Positions 1 to 8,915 of a stretch of 17,136 bases of DNA are shown piece after piece (the stretch's first letter is position 1; every line of letters starts with the position of its first letter). Under the pieces are notes generated by a model that saw only the letters and a program-made list of their open reading frames with translations, searched no databases and was not told the DNA's origin. Source of the stretch: an uncultured Poribacteria bacterium (GTDB lineage Bacteria > Poribacteria > WGA-4E > WGA-3G); NCBI GenBank assembly GCA_958296135.2, contig CATQHZ020000003.1:1-17136 (forward strand), read 5' to 3'. The position numbers and the translations under genes are program-made.

Positions 1-2
1 CA

Positions 3-592
3 CGACACGAGGAGCTGGCGGCATGGGCGCAGATGAGCGGGCTCCGGACAGCAGCCGAGTTCGACAAAGCGTTCCGCGCAGCTACGGGAAAACGGCCGCC
101 GGCGACGGCAACGCAGTGGATGCGCCGGCACCCGCAGGTAACGAACGCGCTCAAGCATCCGGAGCGCCAGGACAACCGACCCCGGAGCCGGAAGAAACTC
201 CGGAGGACGATAATCACGGAGTACGTCGAAGGGATCCGCCAAGGCTGGAGCGAGACGGAGATCGAAAGACTTCTGCTGCGCGGCCTGCCGCGATTCAGTT
301 CCAAGGGGCGAGCGACGCCGAACGGCTGGAGGCGCTGAGCACGAAGCCGGCCGCCACGGGCACCAAGTGGGACGGACTGGTCGCAGCCATGGCCGAGCAC
401 CTTGCGAGGCTGCACGGACACAAGCCGCCGGAATGGGTCGAGGACCCGGAACGGTTCAACAACCCGCCAATCAACTACATGACGTTGTTCACAGCCGACG
501 CGCTGACATGCTCTCCAGCAGCGTTTCTGCGCCACGGCGCCCTGTCGGACCCGGCAGAACTCGATGCAAGAGTACGGGAACGCGACACATAG
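3..592 (+). CDS. Putative antitoxin/partner of a DUF6036-type nucleotidyltransferase; 5'-partial, apparently frameshifted near 285-296
   Basis: The frame of ORF 33..338 is open from the window edge (RHEELAAWAQMSGLRTAAEFDKAF...ERLLLRGL). It joins the frame of ORF 23..592 (QFQGASDAERLEAL..KWDGLVAAMAEHLA..PPEWVEDPERF..SPAAFLRHG) if two extra bases in ggcctgccgcgattcag are removed. The WD-x-LxAxAEHLA and SPxAFxRxG pattern is the one I recognise in proteins encoded upstream of DUF6036 genes. Confidence 0.6.
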   Translation, partial: TRGAGGMGADERAPDSSRVRQSVPRSYGKTAAGDGNAVDAPAPAGNERAQASGAPGQPTPEPEETPEDDNHGVRRRDPPRLERDGDRKTSAARPAAIQFQGASDAERLEALSTKPAATGTKWDGLVAAMAEHLARLHGHKPPEWVEDPERFNNPPINYMTLFTADALTCSPAAFLRHGALSDPAELDARVRERDT

Positions 593-1257
593 CATCGACC
601 AAGCGAAAGCAAGGGCACTTCTCAGGCAGCTCAACGAAAAGCTGGAAGAAAGGAACGTGGAGGGAGAGATCTACATCGTCGGCGGGACGGCAATGATCCT
701 CGAATACGGATCGGAGCGCCGGAACGACAGACATCGACTGCGAGGTCCGACGAGGCGTCAACGCCATTCACGAAGCGAAAGCAGAAATTGCCCAGGAGCA
801 TCGGGGACTACCAGAGGACTGGCTGAACGAGACAGGCAGCCAAGACGTTCCTGATACCAGAGGAAGCCCGACGACAATGCACGAGTGTCCTACAAGGGAT
901 CACACCTGACGGTCCTAACGGCATCCCCGGACCGGCTGCTGGCGATGAAGCTGTACGCGAACAGGAACATCGACCGCAGGGACGTCATGACGCTGATCCA
1001 AGTTCACGAGCGTGAGGACAGCCGAGGACGCAAGCGAACTGGTCGAACGACACTTCCCGCACAAGAAACTCGACGACACGACAGTGGAGCTGCTGGAAGG
1101 ACTACTGAAGGGCATCGGAAGAACGAAATCCGGAACCCGAGAACGCCCACCGAAGCTCGGCGAAACCCCACCAAACCCTGAACTCCGCCAGCACGCGCCG
1201 AGGGTACGGCTGCCGCGCAAGCGCGGCAGCGAGGACAAGAACGAACCCGCTAGCTAG
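564..1257 (+). CDS. DUF6036-family (Pol-beta superfamily) nucleotidyltransferase, putative toxin; several frameshifts
   Basis: Joined across frames: IYIVGGTAMILEYGSERR / TTDIDC..GLPEDWLNE / ASPDRLLAMKLYANRNIDRRDV / RTAEDASELVERHFP. The GG, DID, WLN and LAMK motifs occur in the expected order. Indels near 722, 835-865 and 1004. Confidence 0.8.
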
Positions 1258-1440
1258 ACCGCACCGAAACCCACCCCCACGCATTGTGGGTCTCCATCGA
1301 AGAACAGCCGCAGCGCGTCCCTCACCGACAAGCCGAAGCAGCCCCGCTTCCTGTCCAAGCATTGAAACGATCCACCGGCGGCAGGAGGCCTGCCCGCGAC
1401 AAGCGACGCCGCCCGCCAACCCGTACGCTGGAGAGCCGTC

Positions 1441-2782
1441 ATGCAGATCACCGCCAACCTCAGCGCGTTCCGCACGCCCTGGGCCCTAGGCTTCGTCGCC
1501 CTACGTGCGCGCGGCCTCGACCGGGACGCCTTCGTCGGCGACAAGCTGACCGAGGCCGACCGGCCGATCAACGCCGCGCGGCCATCGTAGTCACCGGCGC
1601 CCCGCCCAGCGGCCGCCAGCGGCGCCCGAGCTGCTCTGGCCGCCTGGGCCGCGCCGCGCCGACGCGACCGTCCTGCCCGTACGCCTGGCCGGCAACGCCG
1701 CCGAGAGCCCGATCGACTTCCTGGAAACGGTCGACCGCTACGCGAACGCGGACCCGTGCACCAGAGTGCGCATGGCCATCACCGAGTCGAAACTGCCCCA
1801 TCCGAAGCGCCTCGCGGACATCGAGCGCGAGCTAATGCTGCTGCGCGAGCACGCCGAGACGAAACGCAAGGGGGCGCCGCCCAACTGCGTCCTGGCGCCG
1901 AGCTGGCACCCTCGTCCAGGCCGAACAAAAAGAGCTCGTACGCCGCCGCGACGCCCGGGCCGCGCTGGAATACACGCTCGCGACGCTCCTGCGCGAGCTC
2001 GGCCAGAGCCCGCGCTACTCGATGGCGACACTGCTCGCCCGGGCTGGCGAGGAGAACGCCGCCGGCGAGGTGTCCGAGGCCACCCGCGGCCAACTGGCCG
2101 AGCTGCTCCGGCCGGGGAGCGGCGGGGAGAACGCCCCCGGGGCGCCAGAGCTGGGAGCTGGACGAGACCGACACGGTACCGCAACCAAGCGTTCACGAGC
2201 CGGAGCTGCACCTGCACCACCCGAGCACTCCGGCTGCGCCACCCGGCCGCCGCCTGGGCCAGATGGTCCGCGCCATCGAGCCGGAGAAGGGCCGGGGCGG
2301 CTTCGCCTTCGAAGGCCCCCTTCCTCCAGAAGGACCGCGCAGAACGACGTGCCGCTGGCGTCGATCCTGCCACCGGCCACGACGTCGGCTCGCGCCGGCA
2401 CCCGCGCCGCGAGCGCATCGCCTCGCTCGTCTGCATCGACGCCGACGACCACGCCATCCGCATCCCGATGGCGAGCGACGCCAACCGGACCGACCTCGAC
2501 TTCCGCGATTACGTCGCGCTCTACCTGGCGATGCCCCCGGGCGAGCGCGCCCGCCGCCTGCTCGACGCGCTGCTCGGAGCCGACCCCGGCCCCCACAGCG
2601 CCATCACAGCCGCCCCGGCCGACGAACGCCGGCTGACGACGCAGTACGCCGAAGCGCTGCGCGCGACCATCGGCGGCCTGGAAATGGCCGGGGCCGCCAA
2701 CGGCGCGCCGCCCCCCGGGCTCGACATCACCGGCTACCCGCACGACGAGCTGACCGTCGGCCAGGTAAACCCGAGCCGATGA
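1441..2782 (+). CDS. Large hypothetical protein broken by multiple frameshifts (or pseudogene)
   Basis: ATG at 1441 after GGAGAG. Protein-like, GC3-rich blocks alternate between frames (GLDRDAFVGDKLTEAD; IDFLETVDRY; KRLADIERELMLLREHAE; MATLLARAGEENAAGEV; ERIASLVCIDADDHAIRIP..DFRDYVALYLAMP) and end at TGA 2782. No family recognised. Confidence 0.5.
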
Positions 2783-2825
2783 CCACACCGCAGAACGCGA
2801 GGGTGAAATCGAAAGGCACGTCGCA

Positions 2826-3596
2826 ATGCAGACAGCCACGACCATCGGCGCCGCAACGAAAGGAACCCGGTGGCCTGGACAAGGAGCGATCGGGCTGGCG
2901 TCGATCACGCGCCTGCTGCGGCAACGCAAGCTGATCTGCTTCGACGGGCAGGCCGAGCACGGCAAGGACATCCTGACGACGCCGGCGGCATTCCTCGAAG
3001 AGCACGGACACGACGTCGACCGGATCCTCGACACATCGAAGCGCAACAGCGCCCGTTACGACGAAGCGCTCGACAGGCGCGACTTCACGACGATCCGGAA
3101 CACACTCAAGACCCAGGCCACCGCCGTCGATCCCGAGATCCGCCGCCAGGGCCTCGGACCGCTCGACGAGTGGTACGCCATCGAGTGGTGCGAGATCGAC
3201 GTCAAGGACCCACAGACCGAAAAGACCGTGCACAGGAAGACCGCCCTGATCATCGGCCTCGAAGGCTACGCCGAAGCGGACAACGCGGCCGAACGCATCC
3301 GGAACGAACTCGACCCGCGGCCGGGCGGAAGCTCTCGCAGAATCATCCGCGGCACCGTCATCATGCCGTGCGACAACCGTGGGAACAGGCTCGGCGACGC
3401 CATCTCCCGCACGAGGTTCCTGACGGAACGGCCCGGCCGGCGAGTCGCATGGATCCGGCCCGCCAACGTGCTCATCGCCCTCCCCGACGCAGCGCTCGTC
3501 ATGATGGACACCTGCCGCCGCATCCTGCGTGACGTGCACAGGAAACCACCCGGCCGGGCGCCAGAAACCCTGAACATCAAGGAAACCCGCGGGTAA
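2826..3596 (+). CDS. Hypothetical protein (256 aa)
   Basis: Long ORF with natural composition and codon bias. The true start may be ATG 2779 (ATGA overlap with the upstream stop) if an indel lies between. Confidence 0.75.
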   Translation: MQTATTIGAATKGTRWPGQGAIGLASITRLLRQRKLICFDGQAEHGKDILTTPAAFLEEHGHDVDRILDTSKRNSARYDEALDRRDFTTIRNTLKTQATAVDPEIRRQGLGPLDEWYAIEWCEIDVKDPQTEKTVHRKTALIIGLEGYAEADNAAERIRNELDPRPGGSSRRIIRGTVIMPCDNRGNRLGDAISRTRFLTERPGRRVAWIRPANVLIALPDAALVMMDTCRRILRDVHRKPPGRAPETLNIKETRG

Positions 3597-3601
3597 CCGC
3601 C

Positions 3602-3820
3602 ATGACGCTCCACGAAGCCGCTCCCGGCACCGTCCTCGAACGCGCCGACCACGACGGCCAGGTCCAGACCGTCATCGTGGTGTCCCATTACTCAAACCTC
3701 TTCGGAACGGGCACCACCTACCGGCAGTACGGGTCCGGAACGATCCTCGCGCTCGACGAGAACGCCAACCCCGGCCTGCGTCCGGAAAACAGCGACGACT
3801 GGAGGCCTGCGGACCCGTAA
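3602..3820 (+). CDS. Small hypothetical protein (72 aa)
   Basis: Starts 5 nt after the upstream stop; GC3-biased codons and natural composition. Confidence 0.65.
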   Translation: MTLHEAAPGTVLERADHDGQVQTVIVVSHYSNLFGTGTTYRQYGSGTILALDENANPGLRPENSDDWRPADP

Positions 3821-4023
3821 CCGGCCAGGTACCCGCCACGAGGACGAAAGCCCGCTGCGAACCGCACAATCCGCACGCGAGACCCGTAACACCGACCACG
3901 CTCCCCCACCCGACCAGGACACAGGCCGGCGCCCCGCCCTCCAGGAGACCATCCCGCAGCGCCATCGAGACCGGCCCACCGGCCGTAACCTACAACTGCG
4001 CAGGTCCGCGAGAGAGAAGACCA

Positions 4024-4245
4024 ATGTTCCCACGAAGGCAGTCACCACCGGACACGTCGCTCAACCTCGACGAAACAATGCCCGTGCCAACGATGATCAC
4101 CTGCGCGGGCTGCGGCCACCGGTTTTACGCCACCAGGGGCACGCGCTGCATCCGCTGCCGCACCCGGCCCCAAGGAAACGCGCAGAACGAAACGAAGCGG
4201 CCACGGCCGCAACCGCCCCCGATAACGATCCGGACGTACTCGTAG
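4024..4245 (+). CDS. Small CxxC-CxxC Zn-ribbon protein, possibly continuing by frameshift to ~4431
   Basis: CAGC..CIRC motifs. Another frame continues with protein-like VLVEEKRLTGFALWRGQNSAIKVTP. Confidence 0.45.
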   Translation: MFPRRQSPPDTSLNLDETMPVPTMITCAGCGHRFYATRGTRCIRCRTRPQGNAQNETKRPRPQPPPITIRTYS

Positions 4246-4461
4246 AAGAGAAGCGCCTGACCGGCTTCGCCCTGTGGCGAGGACAGAACAGCGCCATCAA
4301 GGTCACGCCGTCCAGAACCCCAGGCAGCGACAGCGGCGATTCCTCAAGCCGACGCATCCGCGCGGCAGCGCCGAGAACCTGCGAACCGCCATCAGAAAGG
4401 CCCCAACACCACGGCGGGAACGCCACAGTAAAGGATCCCGAGTCCAGACAGGAGAAGCAAC

Positions 4462-4665
4462 ATGGCCCGAAGAGGCAGAGACCCGCACTGGATCAGCGTG
4501 CGCCACGCGACGAAGTGCGCAAACTGCAAGACGGAAGTGAAACGCGGATCGCGAGCGTTCTACTATCCGAATGACCGCCGAATGCTTTGCGAAGGCTGCG
4601 GAGAACCTGCAGCGCAGGAATTCGCAGCGGCCGTCTTCGACGAAGAGCACAACCTCTGCTTGTAA
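4462..4665 (+). CDS. Small Zn-finger protein (67 aa)
   Basis: RBS AGGAG upstream; DPHWI..CANC..AFYYP..CEGC gives two CxxC pairs. Confidence 0.8.
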   Translation: MARRGRDPHWISVRHATKCANCKTEVKRGSRAFYYPNDRRMLCEGCGEPAAQEFAAAVFDEEHNLCL

Positions 4666-4748
4666 CCGGCGCACAGCGGCCAACTGAACGGCGCCTGCAC
4701 AGGACCGCATGTCCGCAGGAACGAAGGACGCCGTACACTCCCGCCGCC

Positions 4749-5713
4749 ATGCCAGTCCATCCGACCGCCAAGGTCCACCCCGGTGCCGTCCTCCACCAGA
4801 CGGCCGACGTCGGCCCCGAAACGATCATCGGCGACGGCGTCCGCCTCGGACCCGGCGCAAAGGTCGGGAAAGGCGCCCGCCTGCGCAACCAAGCGCACGT
4901 CGCCGGAGGAGCGCAGATCGGCCCCGGCGCCGACGTCAGCGCCTTCTACGTCGGCCGCAAGGCCCACGTCGGCGACCACACCAGGCTCGAGGCCGGAACC
5001 GGCATCGGCGACAACACCCGCGTCAGAAAGAACGTTCACTTCGAACAGGGGTCGAGAGTCGGCCAGAACGCCGAAGTCGGCGACGACTGCCACCTCGGCA
5101 GGCGCACCTGGGTCAAGGCCGCCGCGAAGCTGGCCGCGAACGTAGGCACGGGAAGGGACGTACGCATCGCCCCGGGCGTCGAGATCGGCGCAGACGCACG
5201 ACTGGCCGACGAAGTCCACATAGCCCCCAACTGCAAGGTCGGAGAGCGCACCTCGATCGGCGAAAACGCCCGCATCGGCATCGACGGCGGGGTGGGCATC
5301 GTCCCTCCGGCGACGGTAGGCGACGACTGCGCAATCGGGGACGGCGTACGCATGAACGGCGGCGTCGGCGTCGGCGACCGCTGCAACGTGGACTCGAACA
5401 CGTCGCTCGGCCCGGAGCCGTCGTCGAACCCGGAGCGACGGTCGGCGCCGGATGCAGGATCGAGCCGGACACGGTGATCAGGAGCGAAGACATCGTCCCG
5501 CCGTTCACCCGGGTGACGCCCGACGGCGGACACGAGGACGTGGAAATAGAGATCGACGACTTCAACTTCCGCGACGGAGACGACCCGGAAATCGTCACCC
5601 GTCCCGACGACCACAACCGGACGCAAACCCCGGATCCGCACCCCAGCCCCGGCCGGGCCGAAGGGTGCGCCGAAGCAGCGGCCGCACAGGAGCGGGAAGG
5701 ACCCGCCCGGTGA
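4749..5713 (+). CDS. Hexapeptide-repeat left-handed beta-helix protein (~321 aa), one frameshift near 5410-5413
   Basis: Continuous [VIL]G-x4 hexapeptides from MPVHPTAKVHPGAVL to SNTSLGP. Adding one C resumes GAVVEPGATVGAGCRIEPDTVI in the frame of ORF 4709..5713, followed by an acidic linker and the tail ..EREGPAR*. Confidence 0.85.
5621..5713 (+). repeat. Shared 93-bp C-terminal tail, copy 1
   Basis: 81/93 nt identical to 8471..8563 by manual alignment, ungapped, both ending at the stop codon. Confidence 0.95.
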
Positions 5714-5767
5714 ACTACGCTTCGACTGAGACTGACAGGAAACGACTCGTACGGCAATAATCAGACG

Positions 5768-6211
5768 ATGCTGATCAGCGACCCGAACGAGGAACCATGC
5801 AGGCTGGCCCCACCAGAGGCCTTCAGCAGCGAGCTGGCGGCAAAAGACTTGCGGCGGCGACTACGACCGGGACGTGACCCGAACCTGGTCGGAGATCGCA
5901 GCGAGACGGCCAGCGCCGTATTCGCATCACGGTGCGCTGGAGACCAAAACCCGCCAACAGCAGCAGAGCTGTACTACGCCATACGGCAGACCGAACCGAA
6001 CGAGCGGGAACTGAGCGTGCTCGAATCGTGGGTGATGCACGCAACGCTCGACGACCTCTGGTGGGCGTGGGCGGAACGGGTCTACAGCTGGCAAATGTTG
6101 GCACGTGCGATGCACCGCGTTGACTTGCCGTGGTGGCAAGGACACCGCTACGTGAACGCGCACGCCGACCGCCAAGACCTGGTAGCCGCCGACGCGTTGC
6201 CGGTGTGTTGA
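5768..6211 (+). CDS. Hypothetical Trp-rich helical protein (147 aa), candidate antitoxin of the downstream AbiEii-like toxin
   Basis: Intact ORF whose stop lies 2 nt before the toxin ATG. Role inferred from position only. Confidence 0.7.
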   Translation: MLISDPNEEPCRLAPPEAFSSELAAKDLRRRLRPGRDPNLVGDRSETASAVFASRCAGDQNPPTAAELYYAIRQTEPNERELSVLESWVMHATLDDLWWAWAERVYSWQMLARAMHRVDLPWWQGHRYVNAHADRQDLVAADALPVC

Positions 6212-6213
6212 AG

Positions 6214-7155
6214 ATGACGCTGGAACCATTGGAGCTACCGAACCCGCCAGGGCGGCTGTGGGAGCACATCCGAAGCAGCCTGGACGAGGCGCTGGTCGAG
6301 ATCCTGGATCCCGGAGAGCAATGGGCGCTCGGGGGCGGCACCGTGCTCGCGGCGGAATGGAAACACCGCGCGACGAAGGATATCGACCTGAAACTGGAAC
6401 CGGGAAACAGGGAGGACCGGCTCGAACCGGAACAAAACCGGCACTACATCGCGACCCTCGAAGCGCTGGGAGCGAAAAAGTGGCTAGGCAGAGGAAACCA
6501 GCTGATCGTGAGCTTCGACAAATCACTGGTCGACCTGTTCGAGTCGCGGTCACGGCCAAAGGGAGCGCAAGTGACCCGAAGGGTCAACGGCCGCTCCGAG
6601 CGCGTGCTGAGCAACGCGCAGATCCTGGCCGGGAAGCTGATTGGACGAGGAATGCTCTCGCCAACGAAAGACCTGTACGACGTCGCGGTGGCCCGCCGAG
6701 TGGATCGAAGAGCGCTCGAGACCGCAGTGAACTGCCTGCCACGAAGAACGATCGAGAAAATCGCAAGCCGATGGGAAGGGCTGACAGGTTACCACCAGCG
6801 CAAGGCGACGACAGAGTTGACGGCCGTCCCGGAAAGGTTCCGCGAGATCGCATTGAACCCGACAGCGCACGCGGTGGAAGCAGCGCTCGACTGCCGATAT
6901 CGGCAGGTAACGCTGGAATGGCACCACGGGCACCTGCAGATGCGAACGCTGACCGAAGACGGAGAGCAGGGAAGCAAAACGCTCCCCTCGACGAGCAGAG
7001 GCGAAATCGACCAGGGAGCGGAACAAAGCGGACTGGCCGACTACATCCGGCGGAACACCGGGTTCCAGGTCGCCACGATAGTAGAACTGGCAGAGACGGC
7101 CAGAGAACAAAGTAAAACAGAAAGAACCCATACGATATCACTGCTGTCCCACTAA
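6214..7155 (+). CDS. AbiEii/AbiGii-family nucleotidyltransferase toxin-like protein, C-terminally truncated by the IS
   Basis: WALGGGTVLAAEWKHRATKDIDL (GGT..HR.S/T.DID signature) and AGKL..RG..KDLYDVAVA. The present stop TAA (7153-7155) lies inside the left IR. Confidence 0.85.
   Translation: MTLEPLELPNPPGRLWEHIRSSLDEALVEILDPGEQWALGGGTVLAAEWKHRATKDIDLKLEPGNREDRLEPEQNRHYIATLEALGAKKWLGRGNQLIVSFDKSLVDLFESRSRPKGAQVTRRVNGRSERVLSNAQILAGKLIGRGMLSPTKDLYDVAVARRVDRRALETAVNCLPRRTIEKIASRWEGLTGYHQRKATTELTAVPERFREIALNPTAHAVEAALDCRYRQVTLEWHHGHLQMRTLTEDGEQGSKTLPSTSRGEIDQGAEQSGLADYIRRNTGFQVATIVELAETAREQSKTERTHTISLLSH
7130..7138 (+). repeat. Left 9-bp target site duplication ATACGATAT
   Basis: Identical to 8415..8423 and directly abuts the IR. 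Confidence 0.95.
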
Positions 7156-8414
7156 AAGCATATGAGAACGGGCCTGGAACGCCCTGTGCTGGTATGATGG
7201 GTTTGAGAAAACCAACCGAAAACACAGGGGAACCAAGCCCGTGGCCCACAATAATACCGTATTCGCGCAGGTGCTCAAGCTGGTACCGAGACATGAATTC
7301 GAGAGCTTGGCACGCAAGCACAAGTCGGGGCGGATGTCGCGCAGCATGACCCGCTGGGGCCAGTTCGTGGCGATGGGGATGGCCCAGTTGACGGGACGCT
7401 GCAGCCTGCGCGACATCGTCTCGAATCTCGCCGCGCAGTCGGGCAAGCTCTACCATCTGGGGGTCGGCGTGGTGACGCGGTCGTCGCTCGCGCGAGTGAA
7501 CGCGGAGAAGCCGTGGGAGTTGTACGAGGAGTTGCACGGGCGGTTGCTGGGGCGCTGCCAAGCGAAGGCGCCGGGACATGGTTACCGGTTCAAAGCCAAG
7601 CTGTTTTCGGTGGATTCGACGACCGTTGACTTGTGCCTGTCGGTGTTTCCGTGGGCGAAGTTCCGGCGGACGAAGGGGGCGGTGAAGGTGCACGTCGGCG
7701 TGGATCACGCGGGGTATCTGCCGACGTTCGTCCGGGTGACGAACGGGAAGACGTCGGACATCGCGGCGGCGCGCGCTCTGACGCTGCCGAAGGGCAGCAT
7801 CGTGGCTGCGGACCGGGCGTACGTGGACTTCGCGTGGGTTGCTTCGTTGATTTCGGAGGGGATTCACCTGGTGACGCGTCTCAAGCGGGGGATCAAGTAT
7901 CGGGTGGTGGAGACGCGAGTCGTCAACGCGAAGCGGGGGGTGACCTCGGATGAGACCATCGAGTTGACGAGCGCGAAGGGTAGGAAGCAGTGCCCGCATC
8001 GGCTGCGGCGCGTCGGCTACCACGACCGGAAGACGAAGAAGGACTACGTGTTCCTGACGACGCACTTTGGTCTGTCGGCGAGGACCATTTCGGACATCTA
8101 CAAGTCGCGCTGGCAGGTGGAGTTGTTCTTCAAGTGGATCAAGCAGAACCTGAAGGTGAAGCGCTTCGTCGGGACGTCGCGCAACGCAGTGCTGACCCAG
8201 GTCTGGATTGCGATGTGCATGTATCTGATTCTGTCGTACATCCAGTTTACGAATCGGATCGCATGGAGTCCGAGCGAGATTCTGCGGCTTCTTCAGCTCA
8301 ACCTGTTCGAGCGCCGGCCGCTTCGGGAGCTGCTGGGAAGCGGAAACGAGAGTCCACCGGATCCGTCATCCCAGTTGACGATCAAGTTCGCGTGGAGTTA
8401 GTGGGACAGCAGTG
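7139..8414 (+). mobile_element. Complete IS4-family insertion sequence, 1276 bp
   Basis: Perfect 17-bp terminal IRs CACTGCTGTCCCACTAA (7139..7155) and TTAGTGGGACAGCAGTG (8398..8414), a 9-bp TSD, one transposase, and G/T-rich composition unlike the flanks. Confidence 0.97.
7241..8401 (+). CDS. IS4-family DDE transposase (DUF4372-like N-terminus plus DDE_Tnp_1), 386 aa
   Basis: VDSTTV, DRAYVDF and YKSRWQVELFFKWIKQ (YREK motif); intact frame with the stop inside the right IR. Confidence 0.95.
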   Translation: MAHNNTVFAQVLKLVPRHEFESLARKHKSGRMSRSMTRWGQFVAMGMAQLTGRCSLRDIVSNLAAQSGKLYHLGVGVVTRSSLARVNAEKPWELYEELHGRLLGRCQAKAPGHGYRFKAKLFSVDSTTVDLCLSVFPWAKFRRTKGAVKVHVGVDHAGYLPTFVRVTNGKTSDIAAARALTLPKGSIVAADRAYVDFAWVASLISEGIHLVTRLKRGIKYRVVETRVVNAKRGVTSDETIELTSAKGRKQCPHRLRRVGYHDRKTKKDYVFLTTHFGLSARTISDIYKSRWQVELFFKWIKQNLKVKRFVGTSRNAVLTQVWIAMCMYLILSYIQFTNRIAWSPSEILRLLQLNLFERRPLRELLGSGNESPPDPSSQLTIKFAWS

Positions 8415-8423
8415 ATACGATAT
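8415..8423 (+). repeat. Right 9-bp target site duplication ATACGATAT
   Basis: Identical to 7130..7138. Confidence 0.95.
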
Positions 8424-8563
8424 GGACCACACCGCCGGCGGGAACGCCTGAACCGAGACGGATGCTCACGACGCAACCCCCCGATCCCCACCCACGCCCC
8501 GGCCGGGCCGAAGGCTACGCCGAAGCAGCGGCCCTACACGAGCGGAAAGGACCCGCCCGCTGA
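8424..8563 (+). pseudogene. Displaced 3' end (46 codons) of the AbiEii-like gene
   Basis: Removing the IS and one TSD copy gives in-frame ..RTHTI-WTTPPAGTPEPRRMLTTQPPDPHPRPGRAEGYAEAAALHERKGPAR*, a 354-aa pre-insertion protein. Confidence 0.9.
8471..8563 (+). repeat. Shared 93-bp C-terminal tail, copy 2
   Basis: Matches 5621..5713; 24/30 encoded residues identical. Confidence 0.95.
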
Positions 8564-8609
8564 ATCACCTCTCGCCAGGACGAGATCGCAACGACCACCC
8601 GACCACCTC

Positions 8610-8915
8610 ATGGCGACAACACCACAGTCCACGCCTGCAACCCCCATCCTGCTCGACGAAGACAGCAGCGGCTCCCACACCTCTGGAGAGCCTACGGCCC
8701 CGGCGTCGAAGCCCTCAACGGACGCATCATCTTCCACTCCCCAGCCGACGCCACACAGCTATCCGCGGCAAGCTGCCCGGACAGGACATCCTCCGCCCGC
8801 TCACCACGCCGCCATCCGCGCCATCAAGCGCACCACCGCCGGACACCACGATCTCGAACCGCTGATCGACGACCACGCAATCGGAATAAGGGACCGGATG
8901 CCCGCCGACGCGTAG
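8610..8915 (+). CDS. Hypothetical protein, possibly with compensating internal frameshifts
   Basis: Open from ATG 8610. The middle reads more naturally in another frame (LWRAYGPGVEALNGRIIFHSPADA); the end is HAAIRAIKR..MPADA*. Confidence 0.45.
   Translation: MATTPQSTPATPILLDEDSSGSHTSGEPTAPASKPSTDASSSTPQPTPHSYPRQAARTGHPPPAHHAAIRAIKRTTAGHHDLEPLIDDHAIGIRDRMPADA

Noticed and set aside
3812-3990. Three CCGTAAC motifs in an intergenic gap
   Set aside because: Too short and irregularly spaced to support iterons or operators.
5400-5420. Programmed ribosomal frameshifting at the broken ORFs
   Set aside because: No slippery heptamers seen, and indels are too widespread; error or decay is simpler.
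4749-5713. lpxA/lpxD/glmU assignment
   Set aside because: Only generic hexapeptide repeats; the accessory domains and operon context are missing.
6584-8065. 493-aa minus-strand ORF and the other minus-strand ORFs
   Set aside because: Antisense to well-supported genes; this one crosses the IS boundary; no motifs.
5621-8563. 93-bp repeats as att sites or TSD of an inserted TA cassette
   Set aside because: Not fully excluded, but both copies are in-frame coding ends bounded by the stop codon, are 13% diverged, and no recombinase is present.
8412-8609. 5' extension of ORF 8412..8915
   Set aside because: Its start lies in the IS right IR and it overlaps the displaced toxin tail out of frame.
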